Part shown: in pieces, positions 1 to 10,155 of the stretch
Layout: each line of letters begins with the position of its first letter
Numbering within the stretch: position 1 is the first letter of the stretch
Origin: an uncultured delta proteobacterium
GTDB taxonomy: Bacteria > Desulfobacterota > Binatia > Binatales > Binataceae
DNA: 64,000 nt
Reading direction: 5' to 3'
Assembly (NCBI GenBank): GCA_963765675.1
Contig: CAVXXK010000001.1
Span: 2,016,001 to 2,080,000 of the forward strand
Translations under genes and position numbers: made by a program
The notes under the pieces: generated by a model
The model's database searches: none
Told to the model about the DNA's origin: nothing
What the model saw: the letters and a program-made list of their open reading frames with translations, nothing else

Positions 1-1
1 C

Positions 2-1069
2 GACCGGCGAATGGTGATGTGCGTGAGCGGGGCGTCTCGCGCGCTCACGGCAGCCGCCTTCGTTGCGCTCTCAATCGCAAAGGTCGAGCTGATCTGGCCG
101 TTCTATGCGACGCTCGCGGTTTTCGCCGCGGCGCGCACGTTCGCTGCTCCCGCGGCCGACTCGCTCCTGCCGCGCGTGGTTCCGGAGTTGCGATTCGCCG
201 ACGCGGTCGCATGGTCTTCCTCGACTGGCCAGATCGCAATCATTGCGGGTCCCGCTTTGGGCGGTACGCTTTACCTCCTCGGCCCGACTCCGGCATACGC
301 GGCTTGCTGCGTGCTGTTCCTCATAAGTGCGATCGGCGCGGCCGCAATTCAAACCAGGAGCCGAGGCGAAATTCAACACGGCGCGAGCCGTCTCGCGACG
401 CTCACCGCGGGCATTTCATACGTGCGCGCGCATCGAATCATCCTCGGAGCGATCTCGCTTGACCTGTTTGCGGTACTGCTCGGTGGCGCCACGGCGCTTT
501 TACCGATCTACGCTCGTGACATTCTGCACGTCGGCCCCGCGCGGCTCGGCCTGATGAGGAGCGCGCCAGCCGCAGGCGCGGTCATGATGGGCGTCGCGCT
601 CAGCAGGAGGCCGCTTACGCGCAAATCGGGCGCCAGAATGTTCGCGTGCGTCGGAATATTCGGCACCGCGACGATCGCGTTCGGCCTCTCGACCAGTTTT
701 GTCCTTTCACTTGGGATGCTGACGACGCTCGGCGCCGCAGACATGGTCAGCGTTTATGTGCGACGAACCTTGATGCAGCTTGCGACACCCGACGTGATGC
801 GTGGGCGCGTAAGCTCGGTCGAGAGACTCTTCGTCGGCGCGTCCAATGAACTCGGCGGCTTCGAATCGGGCGTCACCGCCGAATGGTTTGGTACCGTTCC
901 TTCGGTGGTGATCGGCGGCATCGGGACGCTAGTGGTTGTCGCGCTCTGGTGGTGGGGATTCCCCGAGATTCGGGATATAGACAACCTCGCGGACGTGAGG
1001 CCATACGAAGCGCCTGCCGAAACTTCGACGTCACATCCGCCCCGCACCGGAACATCACGTCGGGTGTGA
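2..1069 (+). CDS. MFS transporter (EntS/H+ antiporter-like), 5'-truncated by window edge
   Basis: Many hydrophobic helices; 'LDLFAVLLGGATALLPIYA' and 'TPDVMRGRVSS..F.GASNELG.FESG' motifs; frame open to window start. Confidence 0.85.
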   Translation, partial: DRRMVMCVSGASRALTAAAFVALSIAKVELIWPFYATLAVFAAARTFAAPAADSLLPRVVPELRFADAVAWSSSTGQIAIIAGPALGGTLYLLGPTPAYAACCVLFLISAIGAAAIQTRSRGEIQHGASRLATLTAGISYVRAHRIILGAISLDLFAVLLGGATALLPIYARDILHVGPARLGLMRSAPAAGAVMMGVALSRRPLTRKSGARMFACVGIFGTATIAFGLSTSFVLSLGMLTTLGAADMVSVYVRRTLMQLATPDVMRGRVSSVERLFVGASNELGGFESGVTAEWFGTVPSVVIGGIGTLVVVALWWWGFPEIRDIDNLADVRPYEAPAETSTSHPPRTGTSRRV

Positions 1070-1106
1070 ATCTATCGCGAAGGTGGGAAGCGAAGATCGG
1101 CGGACG

Positions 1107-1550
1107 CTACGGCTTAAGCGGCTGTCCGGAGCGAATGTAGTGCAAATGGCCAACGAGCCGGTAACCCGCGTCAGGTCCGCGATCCTTGGGATGAGTGATC
1201 CCGTCGAATACTGGTACTTCGTCAAAGTCGAACGGGCTCACGCCCTTTAAGCATGCCGCGTTGATGCCATATTGATTGGGATTCGAGCGTCGTCGGTGAT
1301 GTGTGTAGATGCCGCATTTGGAGCAAAAATAATGCTCCGCCACACCTGTGTTGAATCGATAAAGTGTCAGTGCTTCTTCACCGGACTCGAACGTAATGTC
1401 TCCGAGCTCGGCAGACACAGCCACTGCACCTCTCATCCGACAATACGAACACGTGCAACGGCGGGCGGTCTTGAGACCATCCAATAACTTAACTCTAAAG
1501 CGCACCGTCCCGCAGTGACATGCGGCTTCCATTTCATCACGTTGGTCCAT
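1107..1550 (-). CDS. GFA/CENP-V family Zn-binding protein
   Basis: CHCG, CTCSYC and FCSKCG Zn motifs; codon usage visibly AT-richer than neighbours. Confidence 0.9.
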   Translation of the reverse strand: MDQRDEMEAACHCGTVRFRVKLLDGLKTARRCTCSYCRMRGAVAVSAELGDITFESGEEALTLYRFNTGVAEHYFCSKCGIYTHHRRRSNPNQYGINAACLKGVSPFDFDEVPVFDGITHPKDRGPDAGYRLVGHLHYIRSGQPLKP

Positions 1551-1610
1551 CGCATTCTGGTCCTCACTATGTCGCGACCGGCGGGGCGGAGATGATTCTC
1601 AAAATCTGAA

Positions 1611-1631
1611 AACAGCCCAAGAACAGCCCAA
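1611..1631. repeat. 10-bp direct repeat AACAGCCCAA x2 downstream of the tRNA 3' end
   Basis: aacagcccaa-g-aacagcccaa read directly. Confidence 0.6.
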
Positions 1632-1713
1632 ATTGGCCCGAGCCGTCGCTCACGCTCGAGCGTGCATATCTTTGGCAATTCGACAAAACCATTGACGCAG
1701 TGGGTTGATCTGA

Positions 1714-1799
1714 TGGTACCGAGGGCGGGACTTGAACCCGCATGTCCGTGAGGACGGAGGATTTTGAGTCCTCTGCGTCTGCCATTTCGCCACCTCGGC
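1714..1799 (-). tRNA. tRNA-Leu(CAA)
   Basis: Reverse complement GCCGAGGTGGCGAAATGGCAGACGCA-GAGGA CT CAA AA TCCTC-long variable arm-GCGGGTTCAAGTCCCGC-CCTCGGT-ACCA; encoded CCA. Confidence 0.97.
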
Positions 1800-1818
1800 A
1801 TCCCGGTCGTCCACTCCA

Positions 1819-1847
1819 CTTATACGAGACCTTCAATACTCCGGCAA
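1819..1847 (-). promoter_or_regulatory. sigma-70-type promoter for tRNA-Leu
   Basis: TTGCCG-N17-TATAAG on the minus strand about 20 nt upstream of the tRNA 5' end. Confidence 0.6.
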
Positions 1848-1850
1848 CGG

Positions 1851-1866
1851 TGGCACGTCGGTTGCT
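1851..1866 (+). promoter_or_regulatory. sigma-54 (-24/-12) promoter
   Basis: TGGCACG-TCGG-TTGCT matches the TGGCACG-N4-TTGCW consensus, about 90 nt upstream of the ORF at 1954. Confidence 0.7.
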
Positions 1867-1953
1867 CCCCCTTCTCTCCGTGTCGATCTTTGATGTCCTG
1901 ATTCGGGACGCGTAGGCGATCGCGCGACGATATCGCTCGCATACGGAGAATTC

Positions 1954-2622
1954 ATGTCTCAATTGGAAGCTACCGTCCCGCTGATTGCGGCGCCGCTCTC
2001 GATTAAGCCGCCGGCGGTTTCTTCGGCGGGATTGAAACATGCTCTTGGAAACGTGCTGCTCGCGGCGTCGTTCTTCGTTGCCGCGTTGCCGAGTGCGAAC
2101 CAGGCTCCGATCGATCTCGCCAACGCGATCTGGATTATCGGCGCCGTCATCATGGGAGCGTTCTCGCTCGTTCGCCTGCCGCCGAAAACCGCGATGGTGA
2201 CGGTGCCTGCGATTGCGGCCTCTGCCGGGATGCTCGTGATTCCGTGCCTGATGCGTCCGGTCTCGCCCTCAGACGGGTTGCCGGCGATCGTGGGAATCGC
2301 GCTCGAGCTGGTTGGCGTGGCGCTCTCGCAGATCGCGCGAATCTACATGGGGCGGAGCTTCGGAATTCTGCCGGCGAATCGAGGCCTCGTGTCGACGGGG
2401 CCGTTCTCGAGCGTGCGTCATCCGATCTATCTCGGATGGCTCATCCTCACGATTGGATTTGCGTTCTCGTATCCGACCGCGCGCAACGTGCTTTTGATCG
2501 TCGCGTCAATTCCGTTCATGGTCTGGCGAATCCAGATGGAAGAAGGGCTGCTCGCGCTCGAGCCCGACTACCGCGCCTACCAGCACAAGGTCCGGTTCCG
2601 GTTATGGCCGGGAGTGATCTGA
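1954..2622 (+). CDS. Isoprenylcysteine carboxylmethyltransferase (ICMT/PEMT) family membrane methyltransferase
   Basis: 'LVSTGPFSSVRHPIYLG' and 'RIQMEEGLL...Y..Y...V.FRLWPGV' motifs; TM helices; GGAG RBS. Confidence 0.85.
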   Translation: MSQLEATVPLIAAPLSIKPPAVSSAGLKHALGNVLLAASFFVAALPSANQAPIDLANAIWIIGAVIMGAFSLVRLPPKTAMVTVPAIAASAGMLVIPCLMRPVSPSDGLPAIVGIALELVGVALSQIARIYMGRSFGILPANRGLVSTGPFSSVRHPIYLGWLILTIGFAFSYPTARNVLLIVASIPFMVWRIQMEEGLLALEPDYRAYQHKVRFRLWPGVI

Positions 2623-2661
2623 AACGAACCCAACTTTTTAAACAACCTAACTTTCGCGTGC

Positions 2662-5600
2662 TTAATCGATCGTTCGCTGCCGCGTTCCGAGCAGATAAAT
2701 TCCACCCGCGATGTGCGTCGACAGCAGCATCGCGAATATCAGTCCTCCAATCACCGCGATACTAAGTGGCTGCTGCACCTTCGCGCCCGCGCCGAGGCCA
2801 AGAGCGAGCGGAAACAGCCCGGCGGCGGTCGCGAGCGTCGTCATCAGGATCGGCCGCATCCGGATACGCGCGGCGTCGGCGAGCGCCTCGATCGGCCTAA
2901 GCCCCGCCGCAACCTCGTGTTCGGCGTGATCAAGCAACAGGATTCCATTTTTCGCCGTGATGCCGGCGACCATGATGATCCCCATAAACGACGAGATGTT
3001 GAGCGTGATACCGGTGAGGTCGAGGCCGAGGAAGCTCCCGGCCAGCGACGCTACCGCCGCGATCAGGCACGCCAGCGCGGGAGTCAGGCGGCCAAATTCC
3101 CAGACCAGGATTAGAAACATCGTGACGGTCCCTGCGATCAGCACCAGGGCAAGTTGGCTGAACGCCTGCTGTTGCTGCGCGTAGAGCCCTCCGTATTCGA
3201 GCGTGACGCCGGCAGGGAGCGGAAATCTCGCCAGCGCCGTGCGCACGTGATTCATCGCGGTTCCGAGATCGACGCCCTCGAGCCGCGCGGTGACGTGGAC
3301 GACGGGACGCAGGCGCTCGCGATTCATCTCGGTCTTCTCGCCCGTGAAATCAAATTTCGTCACCGAGGAGAGTGGAACCCGGCCGTTGGAGGGCGTCTTG
3401 AGCATCACTTCGGACAGTGCGCCGAGGTCGAGATGAAACTGCTCGGGGTAGCGCACGCGCACGCCGACCAACCGATCGCCCATCCGGATATTGGTCGCGA
3501 CGGTTCCTTGGACGATCGCGTGCAGCGCGGTCTGGATATCGGTGGCCGAGAGTCCATAGCGCGCGGCCGCGGATTGGTTGACCAGCACTTCCTCCTCGGG
3601 GCTGCTCAGCACCACGCCGCTGAACACGTCCACCAGGCCGGGAATCTTGCGCAGCTCGGCAGCGACGCGGCGCGCGGTGGCTTCGATCTGATTCTGATCG
3701 GCGCCGAAGACCTTTACTTCGATCGGTTGCGGCGTTCCCGAAAGATCGCCGAGCAGATCCTGCAGCATCTGCGAGAAATCGACCTGCACACCCGGAACGG
3801 ACGCGAGCACGCGGCTGCGGACGGAACGGATGATCTGGTCGATTCCGCGGGTGCGATTGGCTTTTAGACGCACCGAGAAGTCGCCGGTGTTCGATTCGCT
3901 GAGCTGAAAACCGAGTTGGGTGCCGGTGCGGCGCGAGAACGCCGCTACCTCGGGCGTCGCGAGCAGGATCTGCTGGATCCGGCCGAGCATCGCCTGCGTA
4001 TCGGCCAGCGTGCTCTCGGGCGGGGTGATATAGTCGAGGATGAACTCGCCTTCGTCAAGCGCGGGCATGTAGTCCGTTCCGACGCTTCCGTACAACAAGA
4101 CCGCCGCGCCGATTGCGATTGCCGCGAGCACAACCGACAGCATCGGAACCCGCATAACCGGACGCAGCGTGAAAAGGTATGCGTCGCGCAGCAGATCGAA
4201 CAGGCGCCCCGGTTCGCGGCTCTTGCGGCGAATCGGTTCGACGATCATCTCGAGTGCCGGCGTGAAATACAGCGCCAGCGCCAGCGAGATCGCGAGACCG
4301 GCTCCGAGCGTCGCGGCCAGTGAGCGAAAGAACACGCCGGTCACGCCGCTTACGAACACCAGCGGCGCGAATACGACGATTACCGTCAGCGTCGATGCGA
4401 CCAGGGCGCGCGAGAGTTCGGTGAGCGCGGCGGGAACCGCGTCGATCGTCGCCTTCCCGGAAGAGCGCGCGCGATGGATCGCTTCGATCATCACGATCGC
4501 ATCGTCGATGAACAAGCCGATTCCGGCGGCGAGTCCGCCGAGCGTCATCATGTTGAAGGTCAACCCCGCGGCTTTCATCACGACGAATGTAATCGCAAGC
4601 GTACACGGCACCACGATTGCGGCGACGGCCGCGCTGGCGAGGCTGCGCGTGAATGCGAACACCACCAATACTGCGAGCACCAGTCCGAGCACGATTGCGT
4701 CGCGCACGCTCAGAAAAGATTCAGTCACCAGCACGGACTGATCGTAGGACAGTGAGAAATCGACATTCGGATACCGCTGGCGCATCGTATTCAGGATCGC
4801 GTGCGTTTGGGCGGAGATCGCATTGGTGTTGCCAGCCGGCTGGCGCGAGATTCCCACCAGCACCGCGGGCCCGTGCTCGGAGGCGGTACGGATATAATCC
4901 TCGCGGATACCCAACTCGACCGCGCCCACATCACTTACCCGCACCGGCGTGCCTTTGGCGCTGGCAACGGGCAGGGCGGCCAGTTCATCCGCGTCGTGAA
5001 CGTTGTCGGTGACGACCGTCAGGAGCATCCGATGCGAATCGAGCACCCGGCCGGCGGAAGCGACGATATTTGCCTTGGCGAGGCCGTCAACGATCTCCTG
5101 CGGCGAAAGGTTGTGCTCGAGCATCCGCGTCGGATCCAGGCGCACCACAAACTCCCGGTATTTTCCGCCGACCACCTCGACCCGATAGACGCCGGCGATT
5201 CGGTGGAAGCTGGGCACCACGTCGTAGAGCGCGATATCCGTCAGGTCGGCCAGGCTGCGGCCCTTTGAACTCATGCTCACATCGAGGATCGGAAACGTGC
5301 CGCTGGTCAGCAGCCGGGTTGCGATGTCGGTCCCGCCGGGAAGCCGCGCCCGCACCTCGCCGAGCGCGGCGTTAAGCAGTTGATATGAAGTCATCGGATT
5401 GGCGGACGAAGCAAAGTTGACGTCGATCTCCGAGCTGCCGCGCGTGGTCGTCGAGCGAACCAGGCTTACGCCGACGACGCCGTAGGCCGCCTCTTCGAGC
5501 GGACGCGTGACGCTCACCAGCATCTGTTCTGAGGGAAGGTCGCCGCTGTCGGCCAGGATGATCGCACGGCCGAAGGTGACCTCGGGAAATACCGAGCTCG

Positions 5601-5682
5601 GGATCGAAAATGCGAGGACGACGCCGAGTGCGCTCAGCGCAAGGACCGACAGAACCGCCAGTGTCGAATTGATGGGGCGCAT
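2662..5682 (-). CDS. RND efflux permease (AcrB/CusA superfamily)
   Basis: 1006 aa; 'GLFIDDAIVMIE' and 'RMRPILMTTLA' motifs. Confidence 0.93.
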   Translation of the reverse strand: MRPINSTLAVLSVLALSALGVVLAFSIPSSVFPEVTFGRAIILADSGDLPSEQMLVSVTRPLEEAAYGVVGVSLVRSTTTRGSSEIDVNFASSANPMTSYQLLNAALGEVRARLPGGTDIATRLLTSGTFPILDVSMSSKGRSLADLTDIALYDVVPSFHRIAGVYRVEVVGGKYREFVVRLDPTRMLEHNLSPQEIVDGLAKANIVASAGRVLDSHRMLLTVVTDNVHDADELAALPVASAKGTPVRVSDVGAVELGIREDYIRTASEHGPAVLVGISRQPAGNTNAISAQTHAILNTMRQRYPNVDFSLSYDQSVLVTESFLSVRDAIVLGLVLAVLVVFAFTRSLASAAVAAIVVPCTLAITFVVMKAAGLTFNMMTLGGLAAGIGLFIDDAIVMIEAIHRARSSGKATIDAVPAALTELSRALVASTLTVIVVFAPLVFVSGVTGVFFRSLAATLGAGLAISLALALYFTPALEMIVEPIRRKSREPGRLFDLLRDAYLFTLRPVMRVPMLSVVLAAIAIGAAVLLYGSVGTDYMPALDEGEFILDYITPPESTLADTQAMLGRIQQILLATPEVAAFSRRTGTQLGFQLSESNTGDFSVRLKANRTRGIDQIIRSVRSRVLASVPGVQVDFSQMLQDLLGDLSGTPQPIEVKVFGADQNQIEATARRVAAELRKIPGLVDVFSGVVLSSPEEEVLVNQSAAARYGLSATDIQTALHAIVQGTVATNIRMGDRLVGVRVRYPEQFHLDLGALSEVMLKTPSNGRVPLSSVTKFDFTGEKTEMNRERLRPVVHVTARLEGVDLGTAMNHVRTALARFPLPAGVTLEYGGLYAQQQQAFSQLALVLIAGTVTMFLILVWEFGRLTPALACLIAAVASLAGSFLGLDLTGITLNISSFMGIIMVAGITAKNGILLLDHAEHEVAAGLRPIEALADAARIRMRPILMTTLATAAGLFPLALGLGAGAKVQQPLSIAVIGGLIFAMLLSTHIAGGIYLLGTRQRTID

Positions 5683-5684
5683 CG

Positions 5685-6692
5685 CTAGGGCGCGGCTCCG
5701 ACTTTGACCTTCAGGCCGTCGGACAAGGCGTAACCGCCCGAAGTGATCACTTGATCTCTGGCCTTGACCCCGCCGATAACCTGCACGCGATCGCCGTTGC
5801 GGATTCCAAGCGAGACGTCGACGCGATGCGCCCTGCCGTCGTCGCCGACGACGAAGACGTGATAGTGATTCATACCCGCGTCCTGGAACAACGCGACCGA
5901 CGGAACCACGATCGCGTCGGGAACCTCCGACACCACGATGCGCACTTCGACCGGCGCGTCGGTCTCGTAGATTCCCTGCGGACGCACGAAATCGATCCTG
6001 ACGGGTGCGGTCGCGCTCTGCATGTCGAAGGAAGGAAAGATGGCGGCGACACGCGCGGGGAACTCGACCCCGGGACGCAACGGCGAGGTGACGGTAGCGG
6101 CCATCCCCGGATGGAGCAGATGGATGTCACCGATCGGCACAGGAGCGTTGACGTAGATGCTGGCCGGATTGACCAGCTCGGCGATCGTGTCGAGATCGGC
6201 GACTATCTGGCCGCTGACCACCGGCGGCGCGGCAACTACTCCTGACTCAGGCGCGATAACCGGAATTCCCGGACCTTTGTCATAACGTCCGACCGATTTG
6301 CCGAGGGCGGAGGCATCCTGAGGGTCGAGCCTCTGCGCGACCGAGAGTCCGGCACGAGCGGCGTCGATCTCGCGATTGACGACGTGCGCGATCACCTGTC
6401 CCTTGCGGACCATATCTCCGTTCTTGATATGGATATTGCTCACGCGGCCCGCCGTAGGCGAGCGAATGGTAACGCGGGTGAGCGCGACCGTGCTGCCCAG
6501 CACGTGCAACTCTTTGCGCATCGGCGCAGTCTCCGCGCGCGCGGCCGTCACCATCAGGACTGGAGGAAGGGCGGGCGCGTCGCTCTCATCGTCGCTGGAA
6601 TGCGCGCCGCGGCATCCCGCAGCGACGAAAATCGCGAGCGCCGCGCCCAAAGCGAGCGCGATCCGAGTGGGTTTGAAATTGGGTAAGATCAC
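5685..6692 (-). CDS. RND periplasmic adaptor (MFP) subunit, probable lipoprotein
   Basis: Lipobox-like 'AAGC'; 'GD.V.KGQ' lipoyl motif; C-terminal 'V..G...GD.V.V..G' pattern; lies between TolC and RND. Confidence 0.9.
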   Translation of the reverse strand: MILPNFKPTRIALALGAALAIFVAAGCRGAHSSDDESDAPALPPVLMVTAARAETAPMRKELHVLGSTVALTRVTIRSPTAGRVSNIHIKNGDMVRKGQVIAHVVNREIDAARAGLSVAQRLDPQDASALGKSVGRYDKGPGIPVIAPESGVVAAPPVVSGQIVADLDTIAELVNPASIYVNAPVPIGDIHLLHPGMAATVTSPLRPGVEFPARVAAIFPSFDMQSATAPVRIDFVRPQGIYETDAPVEVRIVVSEVPDAIVVPSVALFQDAGMNHYHVFVVGDDGRAHRVDVSLGIRNGDRVQVIGGVKARDQVITSGGYALSDGLKVKVGAAP

Positions 6693-7951
6693 TGAACCTT
6701 GCCGACCAGCAATAGCGATTCGGCTACCGCCTCGCGCGCGTCGAATTGGTAGACGAAGCGCTGCACGCGAAGCTGCTCGGACTGCTGATAGGCATCAAGC
6801 ACCTCGAGCACGGTGGCGCTGCCGCCGCCCAGAAAGCGCGTCCAGGTGAGCGCGAACGCGTCGTCGGCGGTGGGCTGCGCCTGGGCGAGGATTTTCAATT
6901 GCTCGTTTGCCTGCTGGTAACGCAGCGCCGCATCCTTGAGCCGCCGTTCGAGCAGATACTCGGTTTGGCGCAACTGCGCATGTGCGGTCTGCTCCTTCGC
7001 TTTCGCCTGATCGACGTGCGCGTCGATTAGCCCGCCTTCGAACACCGGCATCGAGATTACCCCGTCGTACGAGGCGCCGTAATCGTGGTTGATCGTGGCG
7101 GGTGGATCGACCCCGAGAGCTCCGGTGGTCAGCGCGATCTGAAAAGTCGGCAGGCGTTCGGCGCGCGCGGCGCGCACCTGGAGGTCGGCGGCGGAAATCG
7201 CGCGCTGCGCCGCCAGCATCGCGGGGCTGTGCGCGATATCGCTTTCGGGCTCGGCGGGCAATCCGTCCGGACCGGCGATCGCGATATCGGTCGCATCAAA
7301 GTCGCCGATTAACGAACCCAAATTGGCCGACGCGCGGCGCACGTCGCCCTGCGCGCTGGCCAGTGCGAGCTCGGTTGCATCGCGCGCGCTGCGAATCTTG
7401 AGCTCGTCGTTCGCGATCGCGCGTCCGGTGCCATGCAACTGCTCGACCGTCGCGACGTAGCGGTTAAGGCGCTGAACGCTGCCCGACACTTCATGCTCGG
7501 TAGCGTGAGCGCGCAGCAGCTCGTAGTAGGCGCTGCGAGTATCGAAAGCGATCTGGGCGCGCGCGGCAGCAACGCCGAGCGTCGCCGCCTCGCTGACGTA
7601 GCGCGCCGCACGGTAGCGAGCCTCGCGGCGGCCCCAGTCGAACGCGGTGTAGTTCAGCGCGAGAAGCGCACTGGACAGACCGCGGTTGGTGACCACTTCG
7701 TTGTAGCCGGGCGATTGGGAATACTCAGCCCCGGCGGTGATGCTCGGAAACAGCGGGGCGCGCGCTTCGCGTGCGTGCGCTTCGGTCAGGTCACTGGTTC
7801 CCGAAGCCACCGCGATCGACGGAGCGAACACCAGCGCGCGATCGATCGCTTCCTTGAGCGTCAGCGGCGCGGCCATCGCACTGCCGGCAGCCAGCAGCAG
7901 CATCAAGGCGGTCACCGCAGCCACACGGATATGAGAATGCGGATGCGTCAT
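6689..7951 (-). CDS. TolC family outer-membrane efflux protein
   Basis: Signal peptide; 'LTLKEAIDRAL', 'ARAERLPTF', 'MPVFEGG', 'LEVLDA' motifs. Confidence 0.9.
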   Translation of the reverse strand: MTHPHSHIRVAAVTALMLLLAAGSAMAAPLTLKEAIDRALVFAPSIAVASGTSDLTEAHAREARAPLFPSITAGAEYSQSPGYNEVVTNRGLSSALLALNYTAFDWGRREARYRAARYVSEAATLGVAAARAQIAFDTRSAYYELLRAHATEHEVSGSVQRLNRYVATVEQLHGTGRAIANDELKIRSARDATELALASAQGDVRRASANLGSLIGDFDATDIAIAGPDGLPAEPESDIAHSPAMLAAQRAISAADLQVRAARAERLPTFQIALTTGALGVDPPATINHDYGASYDGVISMPVFEGGLIDAHVDQAKAKEQTAHAQLRQTEYLLERRLKDAALRYQQANEQLKILAQAQPTADDAFALTWTRFLGGGSATVLEVLDAYQQSEQLRVQRFVYQFDAREAVAESLLLVGKVQ

Positions 7952-7999
7952 AAGCCGGAAATTAACATTGACGGCGGACGCAAGCCTAGTGAACGGAAA

Positions 8000-9397
8000 T
8001 TAAGCAACCCTGGCTGTGAGTTGAGCGCTTTCAGAGGGTTGCAGCGCGCGAGTCCCGCGCAGCGGCAGTTTGACCACAAATACCGCCCCTCCGGAGGGCC
8101 GGTTGGCGGCGGCGATTTGCCCGCCGTGATAGCGTGCGATTTCGCGGCACAGGCTCAAGCCCAGTCCGCTGCCCTCGCCGCCGGCATGCGCACCGCGGAA
8201 AAAGCGCTCGAAGACCAGGGGCAGCTCGGTGGGTTCGATCCCGGGTCCGGTATCCGCGACGCGGAGGACCGCGCGTCCCTCGACATTGGCTAGGCCGATC
8301 TCGATTTTGCCGCCGGCGGGCGTGAACTTGAGCGCATTGTCGATCAGGTTGATCACCAGGCGGCGCAGATGCGGCGCGCTGCCCTCGATGATCGCCGACG
8401 CGAGCTCGGCGTTGCGCAACTCGACATTTTTCGCGGTCGCAAGCGGCTCGACCGTCGCGGTGACTTCGGCGACCAGCGCGCGCAGGTCGACCGGTTTGCG
8501 CTCGATTGCGACTTCACCGTTGAGCCGCGTGAGCATCAGCAGCTCTTCGGCGATCTTGCATAGTCCGATGACCTCGCGATGCGCATTCTCGAGCGCCGCG
8601 CGATTTTCGGCGCTAGAGCGCTCCCGCGTCAGCGCCACGTCGAGCCCAGTGCGCAGCACCGCCAATGGAGTGCGCAGCTCGTGCGCGGCGTCGGAGGCAA
8701 AGCGCCGCTCGGTGACCGATGCGCTTTCGAGCCGGTCGAGCAGTGCGTTGATGACGTCGGTGAGCCTTCCGATTTCATCGTAAGCTTCTGGTGCGGGCAG
8801 GCGGCGATTCAAATCGTGCGGTTGGATATCGCCGAGTGAGGCTGCAAGCGACGCGACCGGCGCGAGCGCGCGGCCCGCAAGCAGATAGCCGCCGGCGACG
8901 CACAGGATCAATAGCATCGGCACGACCAGCAACAGCGTATCGCGCAAACGTTTCACCGACTGGCGAATCGGGGTCACATCAGCGCCATCCATCAGGAGCG
9001 CGTCCTCGCCCGAGAACATCAGCGGTTTGATCGCAAAGCTGAAATTGTCCTTGGCGACGCGCGATATACCGCGAAAGCGGCTTCCCACCGCGATATTAGG
9101 AAGCTGAATAGTCTGGGCGCCGAAGTCGGCGACCACGCCGCCTTGAGTGATCAGCACGACGCGCCGGCGCGGGCCAAGATCGCGTTCGAGGCTGAGCCCG
9201 CGCAGCAGGGCGGCAGCGCGCGGACGGTCGGCGACCGCGAGCTCATGCGCGCTGGTGTCGGCTTCTTCGAGCAACGCGGCGTGGAGCGCGCCATACTGCT
9301 CGCGCTCAAAGAGCTTGAGGGCAGCAAATGCGGCAATGAGCAGGATCGCGCCCAGCACGAGCGCCCAATAGATCGTGAGCCGGAGCCGGATGCTCAT
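8000..9397 (-). CDS. HAMP-domain sensor histidine kinase (CusS/CzcS-like architecture)
   Basis: Start MSIRLRL; two TMs; H-box 'FASDAAHELRTPL'; N/G boxes 'NLIDNALKF','DTGPGI','GSGLGL'. Confidence 0.92.
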   Translation of the reverse strand: MSIRLRLTIYWALVLGAILLIAAFAALKLFEREQYGALHAALLEEADTSAHELAVADRPRAAALLRGLSLERDLGPRRRVVLITQGGVVADFGAQTIQLPNIAVGSRFRGISRVAKDNFSFAIKPLMFSGEDALLMDGADVTPIRQSVKRLRDTLLLVVPMLLILCVAGGYLLAGRALAPVASLAASLGDIQPHDLNRRLPAPEAYDEIGRLTDVINALLDRLESASVTERRFASDAAHELRTPLAVLRTGLDVALTRERSSAENRAALENAHREVIGLCKIAEELLMLTRLNGEVAIERKPVDLRALVAEVTATVEPLATAKNVELRNAELASAIIEGSAPHLRRLVINLIDNALKFTPAGGKIEIGLANVEGRAVLRVADTGPGIEPTELPLVFERFFRGAHAGGEGSGLGLSLCREIARYHGGQIAAANRPSGGAVFVVKLPLRGTRALQPSESAQLTARVA

Positions 9398-9420
9398 TGC
9401 GTCCGTCAACGCCCGCGGGG

Positions 9421-10101
9421 CTAGCCCGCGCGCATCATGTAGCCAACGCCACGCACGGTGGTGATCATCGAGTTTTTCGCATCGTCGTCGATTTTCTGCC
9501 GCAGCCGATTGACGAACACCTCGATCAAATTGGTGAAGACATTGTAGTCGGAGTCCCACACCGACTCGGCGATCATGTCGCGCGTGACGGTTTCACCAGC
9601 GCGCCGCATCAGCAGCTCCAGTAGCATCGCCTCTTTCGGCGAAAGCGCGATCGCTTTGCCAGCGCGCTTGGCGCGGCGCTTGACCGTATCGAATTCGAGC
9701 TCGCCGACCTTGAGCACTGGGGTTCGCGCCGCCGGTCGCCGCCGTGCGAGCGCGTGAATTCTCGCGAGCAGCTCCGCGAAAGCGAACGGCTTGACCAGGT
9801 AATCGTCGCCGCCGCTGTCGAGTCCGGTCACGCGATCTTCCACCGAGCTGCGCGCGGTCAGGAACAGCACCGGCGTGGTGTCGCCGGCAGCCCGCCGTTC
9901 GCGCAGAAAATCGACGCCGCTCTTCCCGGGCAGCCCGATATCGAGCACCATCAGGTCGTAGGTTTTGCGCGCGAGGATCTGCGCGGCTTCCTCGGCGGAC
10001 TTGACCCAATCCAAGGCTATACCCTCTTCGGTAAGGCCCTGGCGCAGATTGCCGGCGAGTCTCTCTTCGTCTTCGATCAGCAGCACGCCCAAGGACTGCA
10101 T
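9421..10101 (-). CDS. OmpR-family response regulator
   Basis: 'LLIEDE','LDIGLP','GGDDYLVKPF','NLIEVFVNRLRQK','TVRGVGY'. Confidence 0.95.
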   Translation of the reverse strand: MQSLGVLLIEDEERLAGNLRQGLTEEGIALDWVKSAEEAAQILARKTYDLMVLDIGLPGKSGVDFLRERRAAGDTTPVLFLTARSSVEDRVTGLDSGGDDYLVKPFAFAELLARIHALARRRPAARTPVLKVGELEFDTVKRRAKRAGKAIALSPKEAMLLELLMRRAGETVTRDMIAESVWDSDYNVFTNLIEVFVNRLRQKIDDDAKNSMITTVRGVGYMMRAG

Positions 10102-10155
10102 ACCCTAGATGCTGGCACGGGCGCGCGGGCAATTAAAGCGGGTAGATGAGGGGTC

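Noticed and set aside
1954-2622. Calling the ICMT-family gene mddA
   Set aside because: Only the generic C-terminal RHP motif is recognisable, which does not support a specific assignment
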